DNA of 64,000 nucleotides from an uncultured Gemmatimonadota bacterium (GTDB lineage: Bacteria > JAAXHH01): contig OX638340.1 of assembly GCA_951812955.1 (NCBI GenBank), positions 3,648,001 to 3,712,000 of the forward strand, written 5' to 3'. This document shows positions 9,712-18,170 of the stretch, one piece after another. A program made the position numbers and the translations under genes. Every line of letters begins with the position of its first letter. Position 1 is the stretch's first letter. A model generated the notes under the pieces. That model saw nothing but the letters and a program-made list of their open reading frames with translations, was not told the origin of the DNA and made no database searches.

Positions 9712-10712
9712 CGCCAGGTCTGACGGGCGCGGACTTCGGAGAGGAACCGCTTCGCGTTGCCTGAGAAATGGTCCTCGATCTCCCGCGCGGTCAGACCCAG
9801 CATGTCCGCCACCTGTTTTTCCTGCCTGAGCTGCTCGTAGATGACCAGCGTCGCCCTGGAATCGCAGTGGGGCGTCGTTTCCGTCGTGCCCTCGTAGTAG
9901 GTCCACGCACGCCCGTAGGTCACGTACTTGCCGCGTGCGCATCCCGCCACAACGTTGTCCGAGCCAAACATGACGCGCGAGCGGTCCTCGTGTTTCATCA
10001 GCAGGTATTGGGTGTACAGGTCGTTCACGGCCGAGGTGTCGTACCAGATATTGGGCAGGCCGGTCAGGAACTGGATCGCCCGCTCCATCATGAAGCAGTT
10101 GAAGGCCCTTGCGCAGTGGGCAAGGATCCACTGGGCGCGGGGATACCGCTTCGTGTAATCTGCGAGGTCCCGCTGGTTGTCGGGGTCCGCCGGTCCTTCG
10201 GGCTTGGACATGTGCATCGTGATGGCAAGCCCCATGTCGTGGGCCACCTCGATGAAGGATTCGGGCAGAAAATCGCGGATGCGGCAGTAGGTGGGATCCG
10301 GGGCGAAGGTCCGGTACGGCTTCAGGCCCAGGAAGCCGTGTCTTTTTACCTGCGCGGCCACGTATTCCGGCGTCATGTCGGGCGTGACCATCATGTTGAT
10401 CCCCGATACGGGATCCTGCTTCATCTCCTCGGCCATCCAGTCGTTATGCCCTTCCGTGTCGATCCCCCCCGGGATCGGTGTACCGAGGACCAGGTAGTGC
10501 ATCTCGCGGCCGGGATACATTTTATTCGCCCAGTCCAGGTGGTCCTGGTAGTCGATTTCAAGGCGGAGCCCGGAGGGGTCCGGGTCCAGTCTTCCCCTGT
10601 GCCGCTCAGACCACATGTGGACGTGCATGTCGTAGACGGTGTCCGGTACGTAATCGGCCAGTTCTTCGTCCCATATGCCCCGATCGAATTCCTGGTAGTC
10701 CGGCGCTCGCAT
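9708..10712 (-). CDS. Amidohydrolase-2 family (TIM-barrel metal-dependent hydrolase/decarboxylase, ACMSD-like)
   Basis: DMHVHMW metal-binding start and collinear Amidohydro_2 blocks (..HMSKPEG.., ..FGSD..). I trimmed the start to the ATG at 10712, which has GAGGAGA immediately upstream. Confidence 0.75.
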   Translation of the reverse strand: MRAPDYQEFDRGIWDEELADYVPDTVYDMHVHMWSERHRGRLDPDPSGLRLEIDYQDHLDWANKMYPGREMHYLVLGTPIPGGIDTEGHNDWMAEEMKQDPVSGINMMVTPDMTPEYVAAQVKRHGFLGLKPYRTFAPDPTYCRIRDFLPESFIEVAHDMGLAITMHMSKPEGPADPDNQRDLADYTKRYPRAQWILAHCARAFNCFMMERAIQFLTGLPNIWYDTSAVNDLYTQYLLMKHEDRSRVMFGSDNVVAGCARGKYVTYGRAWTYYEGTTETTPHCDSRATLVIYEQLRQEKQVADMLGLTAREIEDHFSGNAKRFLSEVRARQTWR

Positions 10713-10936
10713 GTTGTCTCCTCGAGTTTTGGTCGGATCGCGCGGATTTACGCTTCTCGGGCACAACGTCCGGTATGCTTTGTGTGAACCCGAGCCATAC
10801 ATTAGTGGAACACCCATTTTAGTAGAAGTGGGCCGGAGTTTCAAGGCAAAAGAGTCTTTGACAACACCTCGTCCCGTCCACTTATTGCCCACGAGATCAA
10901 CTCCCTTAAATACCGCCATCTACGTTGGAGGCTATC

Positions 10937-12097
10937 ATGGCTGAAACACACGAAATGGACCGGCGGAATTTCCTGCGTAACACCGTCCTGGGCGGCGCGG
11001 GTGTTTCGCTGATCGGCACGCCGGTATGGGAAGCCGCGGCCCAAATGGTCAACGAACCCCAGATGCCGGCAGTAAACGGTGTCGGACTCGATGATCCCCT
11101 GCTGGTCCAGCTCAGCATCAATGAGAATCCCCTCGGCGCTTCGCACCGCGCCATCGAGGCGGTCGCGAGCAAGATGTTCGGCATGAACCGGTATACCATG
11201 CACAACGAGCTCGAGGAAGCCCTCGCCGACTTTCACGGCGTCGATCCCGAGTCGGTCTTCATGGGCGTCGGTTCATCGGAAATCCTGTTGACGGCGACGC
11301 TGGCGGCCTTCTGGGATCAGCCAGGCAATACGGTGACGGCCTTTCCATCCTATCGTTCCATACCGAGGACGACCGAGGAACTCGGACAGGCGGTCAAGAA
11401 AGTGCCCCTGACCGGAGACTGGCAGATGGACCTGTCCGCCATGGCTGCGGCGGTCGATGACCAGACCCGGATCGTCAGTATCTGCAATCCCAACAACCCA
11501 ACGGGCCAGATACTCGATGCCTCGGCGCTGGAGCAGACGATCAGGGCGATGCCGAAGGACGTAATCGTCTGCGTCGACGAAGCCTATATTCAGTTCGTGG
11601 ACGATCCGGACTACCCGTCGATGATTCCGTTGACGAAGGACGTCGAGAACCTGCTGATCTCCCGCACGTTCTCTAAGGCGTATGGACTGGGTGGCATGCG
11701 TGTCGGTTATGGCGTCGCGCACCCGTCGCTGTTGGAGAAAATGCAGCGGTTCAGCATCGGAATGCTCAACAAGAACACCCTATCGACCGTTGCGGCCCTC
11801 GCCGCGCTGGGAGACCAGGAGCACGTGAGGCGTTCGGCAGCGCTTGCACGGGAAGGCAAAGCGTATCTCTACGAAGAGCTCGAAGGCATGGGATACAGCC
11901 CCTTGCGCACGCAGACCATCTTCGTCACCGTCGAGGTCGGCCCCAACGTGCAGACTCTCATAGATCGCCTCTGGGAGAAGAAGGTCCAGGTCCGTCAGGC
12001 TTTCGACATGGAAGGCTTCATGCGGATTTCAGTCGGCCTGCCCCGGGAGAACGAAGCCTTTATCTCCGCCTTCAAGCGGGAACGCAGCGCGTTGTAG
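10937..12097 (+). CDS. Class I/II PLP aminotransferase (histidinol-phosphate/aromatic aminotransferase-like) with twin-arginine (Tat) signal peptide
   Basis: DRRNFLRNTVLGGAGVSLIG..AAAQ is a Tat motif. HisC-like blocks follow (NENPLG, NPNNPTG, and SKAYGLGGMRVGY containing the PLP-lysine). The ATG at 10937 has GGAGG 7 nt upstream. Confidence 0.75.
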   Translation: MAETHEMDRRNFLRNTVLGGAGVSLIGTPVWEAAAQMVNEPQMPAVNGVGLDDPLLVQLSINENPLGASHRAIEAVASKMFGMNRYTMHNELEEALADFHGVDPESVFMGVGSSEILLTATLAAFWDQPGNTVTAFPSYRSIPRTTEELGQAVKKVPLTGDWQMDLSAMAAAVDDQTRIVSICNPNNPTGQILDASALEQTIRAMPKDVIVCVDEAYIQFVDDPDYPSMIPLTKDVENLLISRTFSKAYGLGGMRVGYGVAHPSLLEKMQRFSIGMLNKNTLSTVAALAALGDQEHVRRSAALAREGKAYLYEELEGMGYSPLRTQTIFVTVEVGPNVQTLIDRLWEKKVQVRQAFDMEGFMRISVGLPRENEAFISAFKRERSAL

Positions 12098-12165
12098 ACA
12101 ACAGTCATTCAGGCAACAGGACCGGAGCGCGTCTTAGGCGCGTTACAGAAAGGTATTTCAATCCG

Positions 12166-12930
12166 ATGAATTACCCGAACACGCTCAAGCGGCGCATCCG
12201 CGACGGCGAACTGCTGCTGGGTACGGTCCTGACCGCCCATAATTCGTTTGACGCCTCGGTGGTCTGCGGTTCGGATATCGACTTCCTCTGGATCGATACC
12301 GAGCACTCCGCGAGTGCCGTAGAAGACCTGGGCATGGTGCCGGTGATCGCCCGCCAGCGGGACGTGGCGCCCATGATCCGGATCGCGTGGAATGATCCCG
12401 CCTTGATCAAGAAGGCCTACGATATCGGTGCCGTGGCGGTCATGATCCCCCAGGTCAACACGGCCGAGGAGGCGGAGCACGCGGTTCGGCACGCCCGGTA
12501 CGCTCCCGAAGGACAGCGCGGGATTTCCCCCTACTGGGCGATGATGGCGGGACTGGACTTCAAGCACGTAGTTAAAACGGCCAACGCGGAGACCGTCACC
12601 GTGCTGCAGATCGAAAGCGTCGAAGCCCTGGATAACCTGGACGAAATCAAGCAGGTGGAAGGAATCGACGTCCTCTTTCTCGGTCCCACGGACCTGTCCG
12701 CGACGATGGGCGTGATCGCTGAGACCGAATCACCCGAGGTACAGGGCGCTATGCGCGAGTTTCCCGGCCGGCTGGAAGGTTCCGGGATCATGGCGGGGAC
12801 GACGCTGGCCGATTTGCAGGATATCCAGCAGAAAATTGAATGGGGTTACCGATTCATCAACGTGGGCAGCCCCATGGGTTACGGTATGCAGGTGCTGAAG
12901 GACAACCTGGATGCGCTGCGGAGTGGATGA
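12166..12930 (+). CDS. HpcH/HpaI-family 2-keto-3-deoxy-acid aldolase
   Basis: 254 aa, collinear with HpaI/RhmA-type class II aldolases (..LWIDTEHS.., ..VMIPQVNTAEEA.., ..QIES..). Confidence 0.85.
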   Translation: MNYPNTLKRRIRDGELLLGTVLTAHNSFDASVVCGSDIDFLWIDTEHSASAVEDLGMVPVIARQRDVAPMIRIAWNDPALIKKAYDIGAVAVMIPQVNTAEEAEHAVRHARYAPEGQRGISPYWAMMAGLDFKHVVKTANAETVTVLQIESVEALDNLDEIKQVEGIDVLFLGPTDLSATMGVIAETESPEVQGAMREFPGRLEGSGIMAGTTLADLQDIQQKIEWGYRFINVGSPMGYGMQVLKDNLDALRSG

Positions 12931-12934
12931 GCGG

Positions 12935-13741
12935 ATGATCAACGAAGAACAGGTCCGGAAATTCCAGGAAATGGGATGGCTGGTGGTGGAGGGCGTCTAC
13001 ACCCACGAGGAAGCCGACGAGGTGGCGCGACTGGCACTGCAGACGGCGGATTCCATGGATGTAGAGGAATCCATGGCCGGCTATCTGCTGGACCGTTCCG
13101 AATCGGGAGAATCCGCGCCCCGGAAGATCGACAGTCCCTACCTGCGGAATCCGCTATTTCGCGATTTTGCCCTGGATGGCAGGCTTCGGGAGATACTCCG
13201 GCGAATCACCGGCGAAGAACCCCTGCTCAAGAGCGACCAGCTTTTCATGAAACCGCCGCGGTTCGGATCGGAGAAACCTTACCACCACGACAATTTCTAC
13301 TTCCGTTGCACGCCGGGCGGCCACGTGATCACGGCCTGGATCGCCCTCGACGACGTGGACGAGGAGAACGGCTGCCTTCGATACATCTCCGGTTCGCACA
13401 AGAAGGGGATCATCGAGCACGTGGAGGTCCCCGGCCAGCCCTACAACCTGGCTCCTCCGGACGACTTGATCGATTGGGAGAACGAGGCCTCAGCGCCGGT
13501 GCGCAAGGGCGGCGTGGTCTTCCACCACTCGGAGACCCTCCACTCGTCGCGTCGCAATACGTCAGATCGATGGCGGCGCGGCTACGCGACGCATTGGGTT
13601 ACCGCTGCGGTGACCAGCGAGACCGACAACCTGGACGGCGCATATTTTCAAAGCGACGAGTACGCGGAGTACGTGCGGGCCGTGGACCGGACGAAGGATG
13701 ACGCGGCGCAAGTTGGTACCGCCGATTCGGGAGGGGCCTGA
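12935..13741 (+). CDS. PhyH family Fe(II)/2OG-dependent oxygenase
   Basis: HHDNFYF and WIALDDVDEENGCLRYISGSHK motifs. The ATG at 12935 lies just after the aldolase stop. Confidence 0.8.
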   Translation: MINEEQVRKFQEMGWLVVEGVYTHEEADEVARLALQTADSMDVEESMAGYLLDRSESGESAPRKIDSPYLRNPLFRDFALDGRLREILRRITGEEPLLKSDQLFMKPPRFGSEKPYHHDNFYFRCTPGGHVITAWIALDDVDEENGCLRYISGSHKKGIIEHVEVPGQPYNLAPPDDLIDWENEASAPVRKGGVVFHHSETLHSSRRNTSDRWRRGYATHWVTAAVTSETDNLDGAYFQSDEYAEYVRAVDRTKDDAAQVGTADSGGA

Positions 13742-13779
13742 CTTTGACGACGGCAACGGTGGCCGGAACTATCACCGAT

Positions 13780-14427
13780 CTCATGTGGTCGGAGACGGCT
13801 TCGATCTACGACGCGATCCTCGCGCACCCTTTTATCAAGGGACTAACCTCCGGGGATCTCGACCGGTCTGCTTTCGAGTTCTACACCGTGCAGGACGCGC
13901 TCTACCTGAAGGACTACGCCCGGGCCCTGAGCCTTGCCGCCGTGAAAGCGCCGGATGAGGAGACCATCATCCTCTTCAACGAGCATTCGAAGGGCTGTCT
14001 CGTGGAAGAGCGGGCCATGCAGAAGAACTTCTTCGACGTCTTCGGCCTTTCGGCGGAACAGGTGTGGGCGACGCCCAAGGCACCCGCTTGCCAGGCCTAT
14101 ACGAGCTACCTGCTATCGGTAGCCTACGCCCGGCCCTTCCACGAGGTCGTGGCCGTGGTGCTTCCCTGTTACTGGATCTACTGGGAGGTGGGCAAGGCGC
14201 TGGCCGAGAAGGGATCGCCCGATCCCATGTACCAGCAGTGGATCGACACCTACGCAGGCGAGGAGTTCGCCGAGGCCGTCGTGGCCGTCCTCGAAATCAC
14301 GAACCGGGTCGCACGGGGACTTCCGGATGTGGATCGAGCAGCCATGCTACATCATTACGTCACGACCAGCCGGTACGAGTGGATGTTCTGGGACATGGGG
14401 TATCGGAAGGAAGCCTGGCCGGTGTGA
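13780..14427 (+). CDS. TenA/PqqC-like (heme-oxygenase-like fold; thiaminase II / aminopyrimidine aminohydrolase family)
   Basis: Collinear with B. subtilis TenA (..HPFIKGL..G.L, YTVQDALYLKDYAR, LPCYWIYWEVGK, YEWMFWDMGYRKE). The start is taken at the ATG at 13780; a TTG at 13744 is also possible. Confidence 0.75.
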   Translation, partial: LMWSETASIYDAILAHPFIKGLTSGDLDRSAFEFYTVQDALYLKDYARALSLAAVKAPDEETIILFNEHSKGCLVEERAMQKNFFDVFGLSAEQVWATPKAPACQAYTSYLLSVAYARPFHEVVAVVLPCYWIYWEVGKALAEKGSPDPMYQQWIDTYAGEEFAEAVVAVLEITNRVARGLPDVDRAAMLHHYVTTSRYEWMFWDMGYRKEAWPV

Positions 14428-14462
14428 GGAGGGCACCACGCCGGTGTCTATGGACCCAGTTA

Positions 14463-15245
14463 CTACGCTCGATCGTCGTCGCTAATCAGGTTACGCAGGA
14501 TGTCCACCAGCGCCCGTCCGGGTGCCTTCTCAGCGTATCCAGCAGATTCAAATCCCCGTTGTCCATTTCTCCGCACCTCAATCTCGCCCCACGGGACAAA
14601 GAACCCCTCTTTCAACCGGACTTCCACCAGGTCGCCGATGTCGTACAGCGTCGAGGTGTTGTTGTTAACTAGCCGGTTCGACCGGGTAATGGCCATGCCT
14701 TCTTCTCCTGAACCATCGATATCGTAGAACACCAGCAGGTCGGCCACCGTGGCGGCCACCCCGCGAAACAGGGCGTTGTTCTGAAGCGATACGATGAAGT
14801 TGGCCCCCCTGTCGGCGTCGATATCCGGGTGGATGTATAGACCGGCTCTGGTATTGGTCCAGATCCCGCGGGCGGCCCGTCGTACACGCTGGACAGCCGG
14901 GTCAGTGGATGATCCGTTTCCCGTTCGACTGGAGGCGCCGGTCCGGGCATGCTCTCTCCGTTCATGGGCAGTCTGCGAGGAAGTACGGTAACGAGGCGGC
15001 TGTTGCCGTTGGGAGGACGCCCTGGAAGACGAAGGCATCCGCAGCTTTTCCGGATTTCGGACGAGCCACTGGTAGGCCTCATTGATCTCCGTGAACTTGG
15101 CCGTGGCGCGGTCTTTCACACGGTCGGGCACCTTGTCCGGGTGCCAGATCAGCGCCAGCTCCCGGTACGACTTCTTCACGTCGTCAATAGACGCGCCTGG
15201 AGCGAGGTCGAGCGAATGAAGCGCCCTGTTCGTGGTATCGTCCAT
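14463..15245 (-). CDS. J-domain (DnaJ-like) protein with uncharacterised C-terminal domain
   Basis: N-terminal SYRELALIWHPDK (the HPD motif). The ~130 aa C-terminal region has no family I can recognise. Confidence 0.65.
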   Translation of the reverse strand: MDDTTNRALHSLDLAPGASIDDVKKSYRELALIWHPDKVPDRVKDRATAKFTEINEAYQWLVRNPEKLRMPSSSRASSQRQQPPRYRTSSQTAHERREHARTGASSRTGNGSSTDPAVQRVRRAARGIWTNTRAGLYIHPDIDADRGANFIVSLQNNALFRGVAATVADLLVFYDIDGSGEEGMAITRSNRLVNNNTSTLYDIGDLVEVRLKEGFFVPWGEIEVRRNGQRGFESAGYAEKAPGRALVDILRNLISDDDRA

Positions 15246-15375
15246 ACAGGGTTATTTAACCGATACAAAGGGTTGTCTCAAGGTTTTTGTGCCGGTATAT
15301 TCACCTCGTAGATTTTTCTGACCAGTGTGACCACTCTTTCGATTCAATATTCGTTCTTATGAACAAGGTCTAGAC

Positions 15376-16209
15376 ATGCCCATTACCGACGCCCTGCCCG
15401 ATATGAAGCGGGAACTTCGTTTTTTTCCGGCAAGATCCGAAAATCCGAAAGCGCTTTCCCGTGAACAGATCGACTTCTTCAACACGAACGGGTATCTGTG
15501 CCCCCTCGATGTATTTACGCCGCGGGAAGCCGAAGCGAACCGCCTGTATTTCGAGGACCTGATGGCCCGTGCAGAGAAGGAAGGGTACAACAGCTACTCC
15601 ATCAACGGCTGGCATCGGCATTGCGAGGGCATCTACAACCTGGCCATGAACGAGAGGATTCTGGACTACGCGGAGGACCTGGTCGGCGAGACGTTGATCT
15701 GCGAGATGACCCACTATTTCTGCAAGATGCCGGGCGACGTGCAGCGGGTGAGCTGGCACCAGGACGCCTCCTACTGGCCTCTGACCCCGAGCAAAGTGGT
15801 GACGATCTGGCTGGCCATAGACGACGTGGACGGGGAAAACGGACCCATGACGGTCATCCCCGGTTCACACCTTCACGGACAAATCCCCTTCGAGAACAGC
15901 ACGAAAGCCGAACGCAACGTGCTGGGACAGTCCGTCCACGACCCGCTCAGGTGGGGTGGCGATCCCGTGCCCTTTACCATGAAGGCGGGCCAGATCTCCA
16001 TGCACACCGACCTGCTGCTGCACGGTTCCGAGCCGAATGTTTCCGACCGCCGCCGCTGCGGACTGACGATACGGTATCTGCCGCCGGACGTCCGGGGCCG
16101 CTACCCGGAATACCACAGGGCCATCATCTGCCGAGGCAGCGATCCCTCGGGTTATTGGAGACCCATACCCCGCCCGACGGGCGACCAGATTCCTCCACGC
16201 AATCGCTAG
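15376..16209 (+). CDS. PhyH family Fe(II)/2OG-dependent oxygenase
   Basis: WHQDASYWPL and IWLAIDDVDGENGPMTVIPGSH motifs. Confidence 0.8.
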   Translation: MPITDALPDMKRELRFFPARSENPKALSREQIDFFNTNGYLCPLDVFTPREAEANRLYFEDLMARAEKEGYNSYSINGWHRHCEGIYNLAMNERILDYAEDLVGETLICEMTHYFCKMPGDVQRVSWHQDASYWPLTPSKVVTIWLAIDDVDGENGPMTVIPGSHLHGQIPFENSTKAERNVLGQSVHDPLRWGGDPVPFTMKAGQISMHTDLLLHGSEPNVSDRRRCGLTIRYLPPDVRGRYPEYHRAIICRGSDPSGYWRPIPRPTGDQIPPRNR

Positions 16210-16295
16210 TATCTACATTGTATCGACGGCGCATTGTCGGTATCTACGGCAAGAGTGGTATCAACGCCGCAATTGTGGTATCTACGGCGCAATAG
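16207..16295. repeat. Tandem array of 4-5 degenerate ~19-20 bp units (consensus about ATTGTnGGTATCTACGGCGC) in a convergent intergenic region
   Basis: Copies of GGTATCnACGGCGC begin at about 16220, 16240, 16259 and 16279, with a partial copy at 16209. Confidence 0.7.
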
Positions 16296-16335
16296 TACTC
16301 AAATTCAGCTATCCGCGCCGACTTAGAGACCAAAT

Positions 16336-17226
16336 CTATGCCGAAAGCGGCCTGCAGTTTTTACACGGCCGGCATCCGCCGTTCGTTGCGTCCTCCGTAC
16401 TGCTGAATTCAAGGCGGTGCTCCCGCTTGATGCGCCGCGCATCACGGCAGGTGGGGTAACAGTAAATTCCTGTAGTTCGGCTTCCGATGTAGCGTACACC
16501 CCGCTGCTTCCAATTAGCGAGATCTTCCCTCGGTATTCCTTCCCGTTCCAGCAGCGTCCATTTCATTTCCGGACCGTAGTAGTAGTTTCCCACGCCCCCG
16601 GTCGAGGGTACAAGCCGGTGGCAGGGCACCAGGAAGGGAACGGGATTCCGGGCCATGACCGTTCCAACGGCACGGACCGCCTTCGGTCTGCCCACCTCCC
16701 GGGCCAGCCAGGCATAGGGACGGACCTCTCCAGACGGTATCCTGGCCAGGTGTACCAGCACGGTCTGTTCGAATTCGGTAAGTCCCTCAAGGGTAACCGG
16801 TGGCTGAGCGATCTTTTCTCCTCTTATGGCCCGTCTGACTGCCAGGGCGTAGGTTTCCGGCAAGGAACCACGTACTACGGAACGCCCGAGCCTGTCTTTG
16901 TAAAATGACTCGAAGGCGCCGTCCTCCGCCACGTCGAGTTTAACCGCGGATATGCCCTTTGGCGTGAAACCTACGTGCGCCGGCCCGAAATCCGTGTCGA
17001 TGACATCGTACCGATCTGCAATCCTGATCATAACTTCCTCCATGAGCCCCGCGGGGGCGGTCAGTATCAGTTTGGGAGATGCCGCTGCGAGATGCCCCAT
17101 GAATGCGGCCTCTTCGCGGCATGCGGCACACACTTCCAGGTGTTCCACCACGGCCCGGCTCGCCTTATCGTACGCCTCGCCGGTTCTGATTTGATCCAGT
17201 TGCTGTCTTGCTTCGTTACAGTCCAC
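16336..17226 (-). CDS. Cytoplasmic ZAS-type anti-sigma factor fused to Ogt/MGMT (O6-alkylguanine-DNA alkyltransferase, N- and C-domains) and an Ada-N-like Cys4 zinc domain
   Basis: From the N-terminus, VDC..(27)..HLEVCAAC gives the C..HX3CX2C spacing of ZAS anti-sigma factors (RsrA is C11/H37/C41/C44). The central region has the MGMT blocks (..FEQ.VL..L..IP.GE...Y..LA...G.PKAVRAVG...NP, then active-site PCHRLV..G..GNYYYG...K..LL.REG). The C-terminus TTGIYCYPTCRDARRIKREHRLEF..GGCRPCKNCRP matches E. coli Ada-N (TTGIFCRPSCRARHALRENVSFY..GFRPCKRCQP). The start is a GTG at 17226, which overlaps the sigma stop (AGTGGACTGTAA). Confidence 0.75.
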   Translation of the reverse strand: MDCNEARQQLDQIRTGEAYDKASRAVVEHLEVCAACREEAAFMGHLAAASPKLILTAPAGLMEEVMIRIADRYDVIDTDFGPAHVGFTPKGISAVKLDVAEDGAFESFYKDRLGRSVVRGSLPETYALAVRRAIRGEKIAQPPVTLEGLTEFEQTVLVHLARIPSGEVRPYAWLAREVGRPKAVRAVGTVMARNPVPFLVPCHRLVPSTGGVGNYYYGPEMKWTLLEREGIPREDLANWKQRGVRYIGSRTTGIYCYPTCRDARRIKREHRLEFSSTEDATNGGCRPCKNCRPLSA

Positions 17227-17770
17227 TGGGGTCGTCCTCCATGATTTTGCGAAGTCTGCGTAGCGCCCGGTACACCTTGCCCCGCAGCGCCGATTCCGAC
17301 GAACCGGTGACTGCCGCGATATCCGCATAGGTGTATTGCTCGATGAATCGCAGAATGATCAATTCCCGGCTTTCTCTGCCCAGTCTTTCGAGAGCCTTCC
17401 GGATCGCCCTGGCCTGGTCGTTTTGGGGGACGAAGGCCTGCTCTTGAAGGTCGTCCTTCATCCGCTCTACCGCGCCTGTCATGCGTTTGCGCGACCTCAG
17501 CCTGTTCAACGCCAGGTTCCGCACGATGCGGTACAGCCAGGGACGGATTTCGAGCGTCCGGCACCGCTCCGAGTCGTACTTACCGGAGAGTGTTTCGTAG
17601 GCCTTGACAAAGGCTTCCTGCGTAACGTCGAGGGCATCGTCCGAACCACCGAGCATGTGGAAGGCGTAGGTGAAGAGTCTGTCCTTGTATGCCGCCACCA
17701 GGTTTGCCACCGCGCCTCTGTTGCCGCGATGGATTTCCAGCGCGATGCATCGTCCCTCTTCCTGCGTCAT
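17216..17770 (-). CDS. ECF (sigma-70 family, group IV) RNA polymerase sigma factor
   Basis: Region 2 (..DVTQEAFVKAY..) and region 4 (..LILRFIEQYTYADIAAVTGSSESALRGKVYRALRRLR) are both present. It is translationally coupled to the downstream anti-sigma gene. Confidence 0.85.
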   Translation of the reverse strand: MTQEEGRCIALEIHRGNRGAVANLVAAYKDRLFTYAFHMLGGSDDALDVTQEAFVKAYETLSGKYDSERCRTLEIRPWLYRIVRNLALNRLRSRKRMTGAVERMKDDLQEQAFVPQNDQARAIRKALERLGRESRELIILRFIEQYTYADIAAVTGSSESALRGKVYRALRRLRKIMEDDPSGL

Positions 17771-17814
17771 GCAAAGTCCTTTGTTGTCCTGACTACCGTC
17801 CCAGTCACAGATAA

Positions 17815-17839
17815 AACACCGTCGAGGCGGATTACGTTC
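17815..17839 (-). promoter_or_regulatory. Candidate SigR-like autoregulatory promoter (GAAC -35, 18 nt spacer, GTT -10) upstream of the ECF sigma gene
   Basis: On the minus strand the sequence reads ccGAACgtaatccgcctcgacggtGTTtta, about 45-70 nt upstream of the sigma ATG. This is pattern match only. Confidence 0.25.
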
Positions 17840-17972
17840 GGATCAAAACGAATTCGAGTATCCTTCTTGACAGCTTCTTTGCTGTTTCTTTCCTTACCAA
17901 TAAGATCCTTGTTTTCTTATCTTACTGCACATCAGTCGCAATTCGGCGAAATTCATTGTCCCATCTACGCCA

Positions 17973-18170
17973 ATGCCTCGAAAAGTCAGAGAGCTGATTA
18001 AGGATTTGGTAGATGCGGGATTTGTTGAAACAGGTGGGAAAGGCAGCCATAGGAAATTCACACATGTACGAGTATCGAAAATCGTGGTCCTATCTGGCCA
18101 CCTTGGAGACGATTCGAAAAGCTATCAGGAACAGGCCATTAACGTAGCAATCAAGGAGTCACAGAAATGA
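17973..18170 (+). CDS. hicA: HicA-family toxin (mRNA interferase) of a type II toxin-antitoxin system
   Basis: 65 aa containing ..GGKGSHRKFTH.., the HicA motif. A 4-nt ATGA overlap joins it to the downstream gene. Confidence 0.75.
   Translation: MPRKVRELIKDLVDAGFVETGGKGSHRKFTHVRVSKIVVLSGHLGDDSKSYQEQAINVAIKESQK

Noticed and set aside
17227-17328. N-terminal 34 codons of ORF 16336..17328 (the anti-sigma factor)
   Set aside because: This stretch overlaps the C-terminus of the sigma gene by more than 100 nt. A GTG at 17226 overlaps the sigma stop, and it places the first ZAS cysteine at residue 3 with RsrA-like spacing.
17867-17872. TTGACA hexamer upstream of hicA as a sigma-70 -35 element
   Set aside because: No acceptable -10 element lies 16-18 bp downstream. 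It is also too far (~100 bp) from the hicA start to call.
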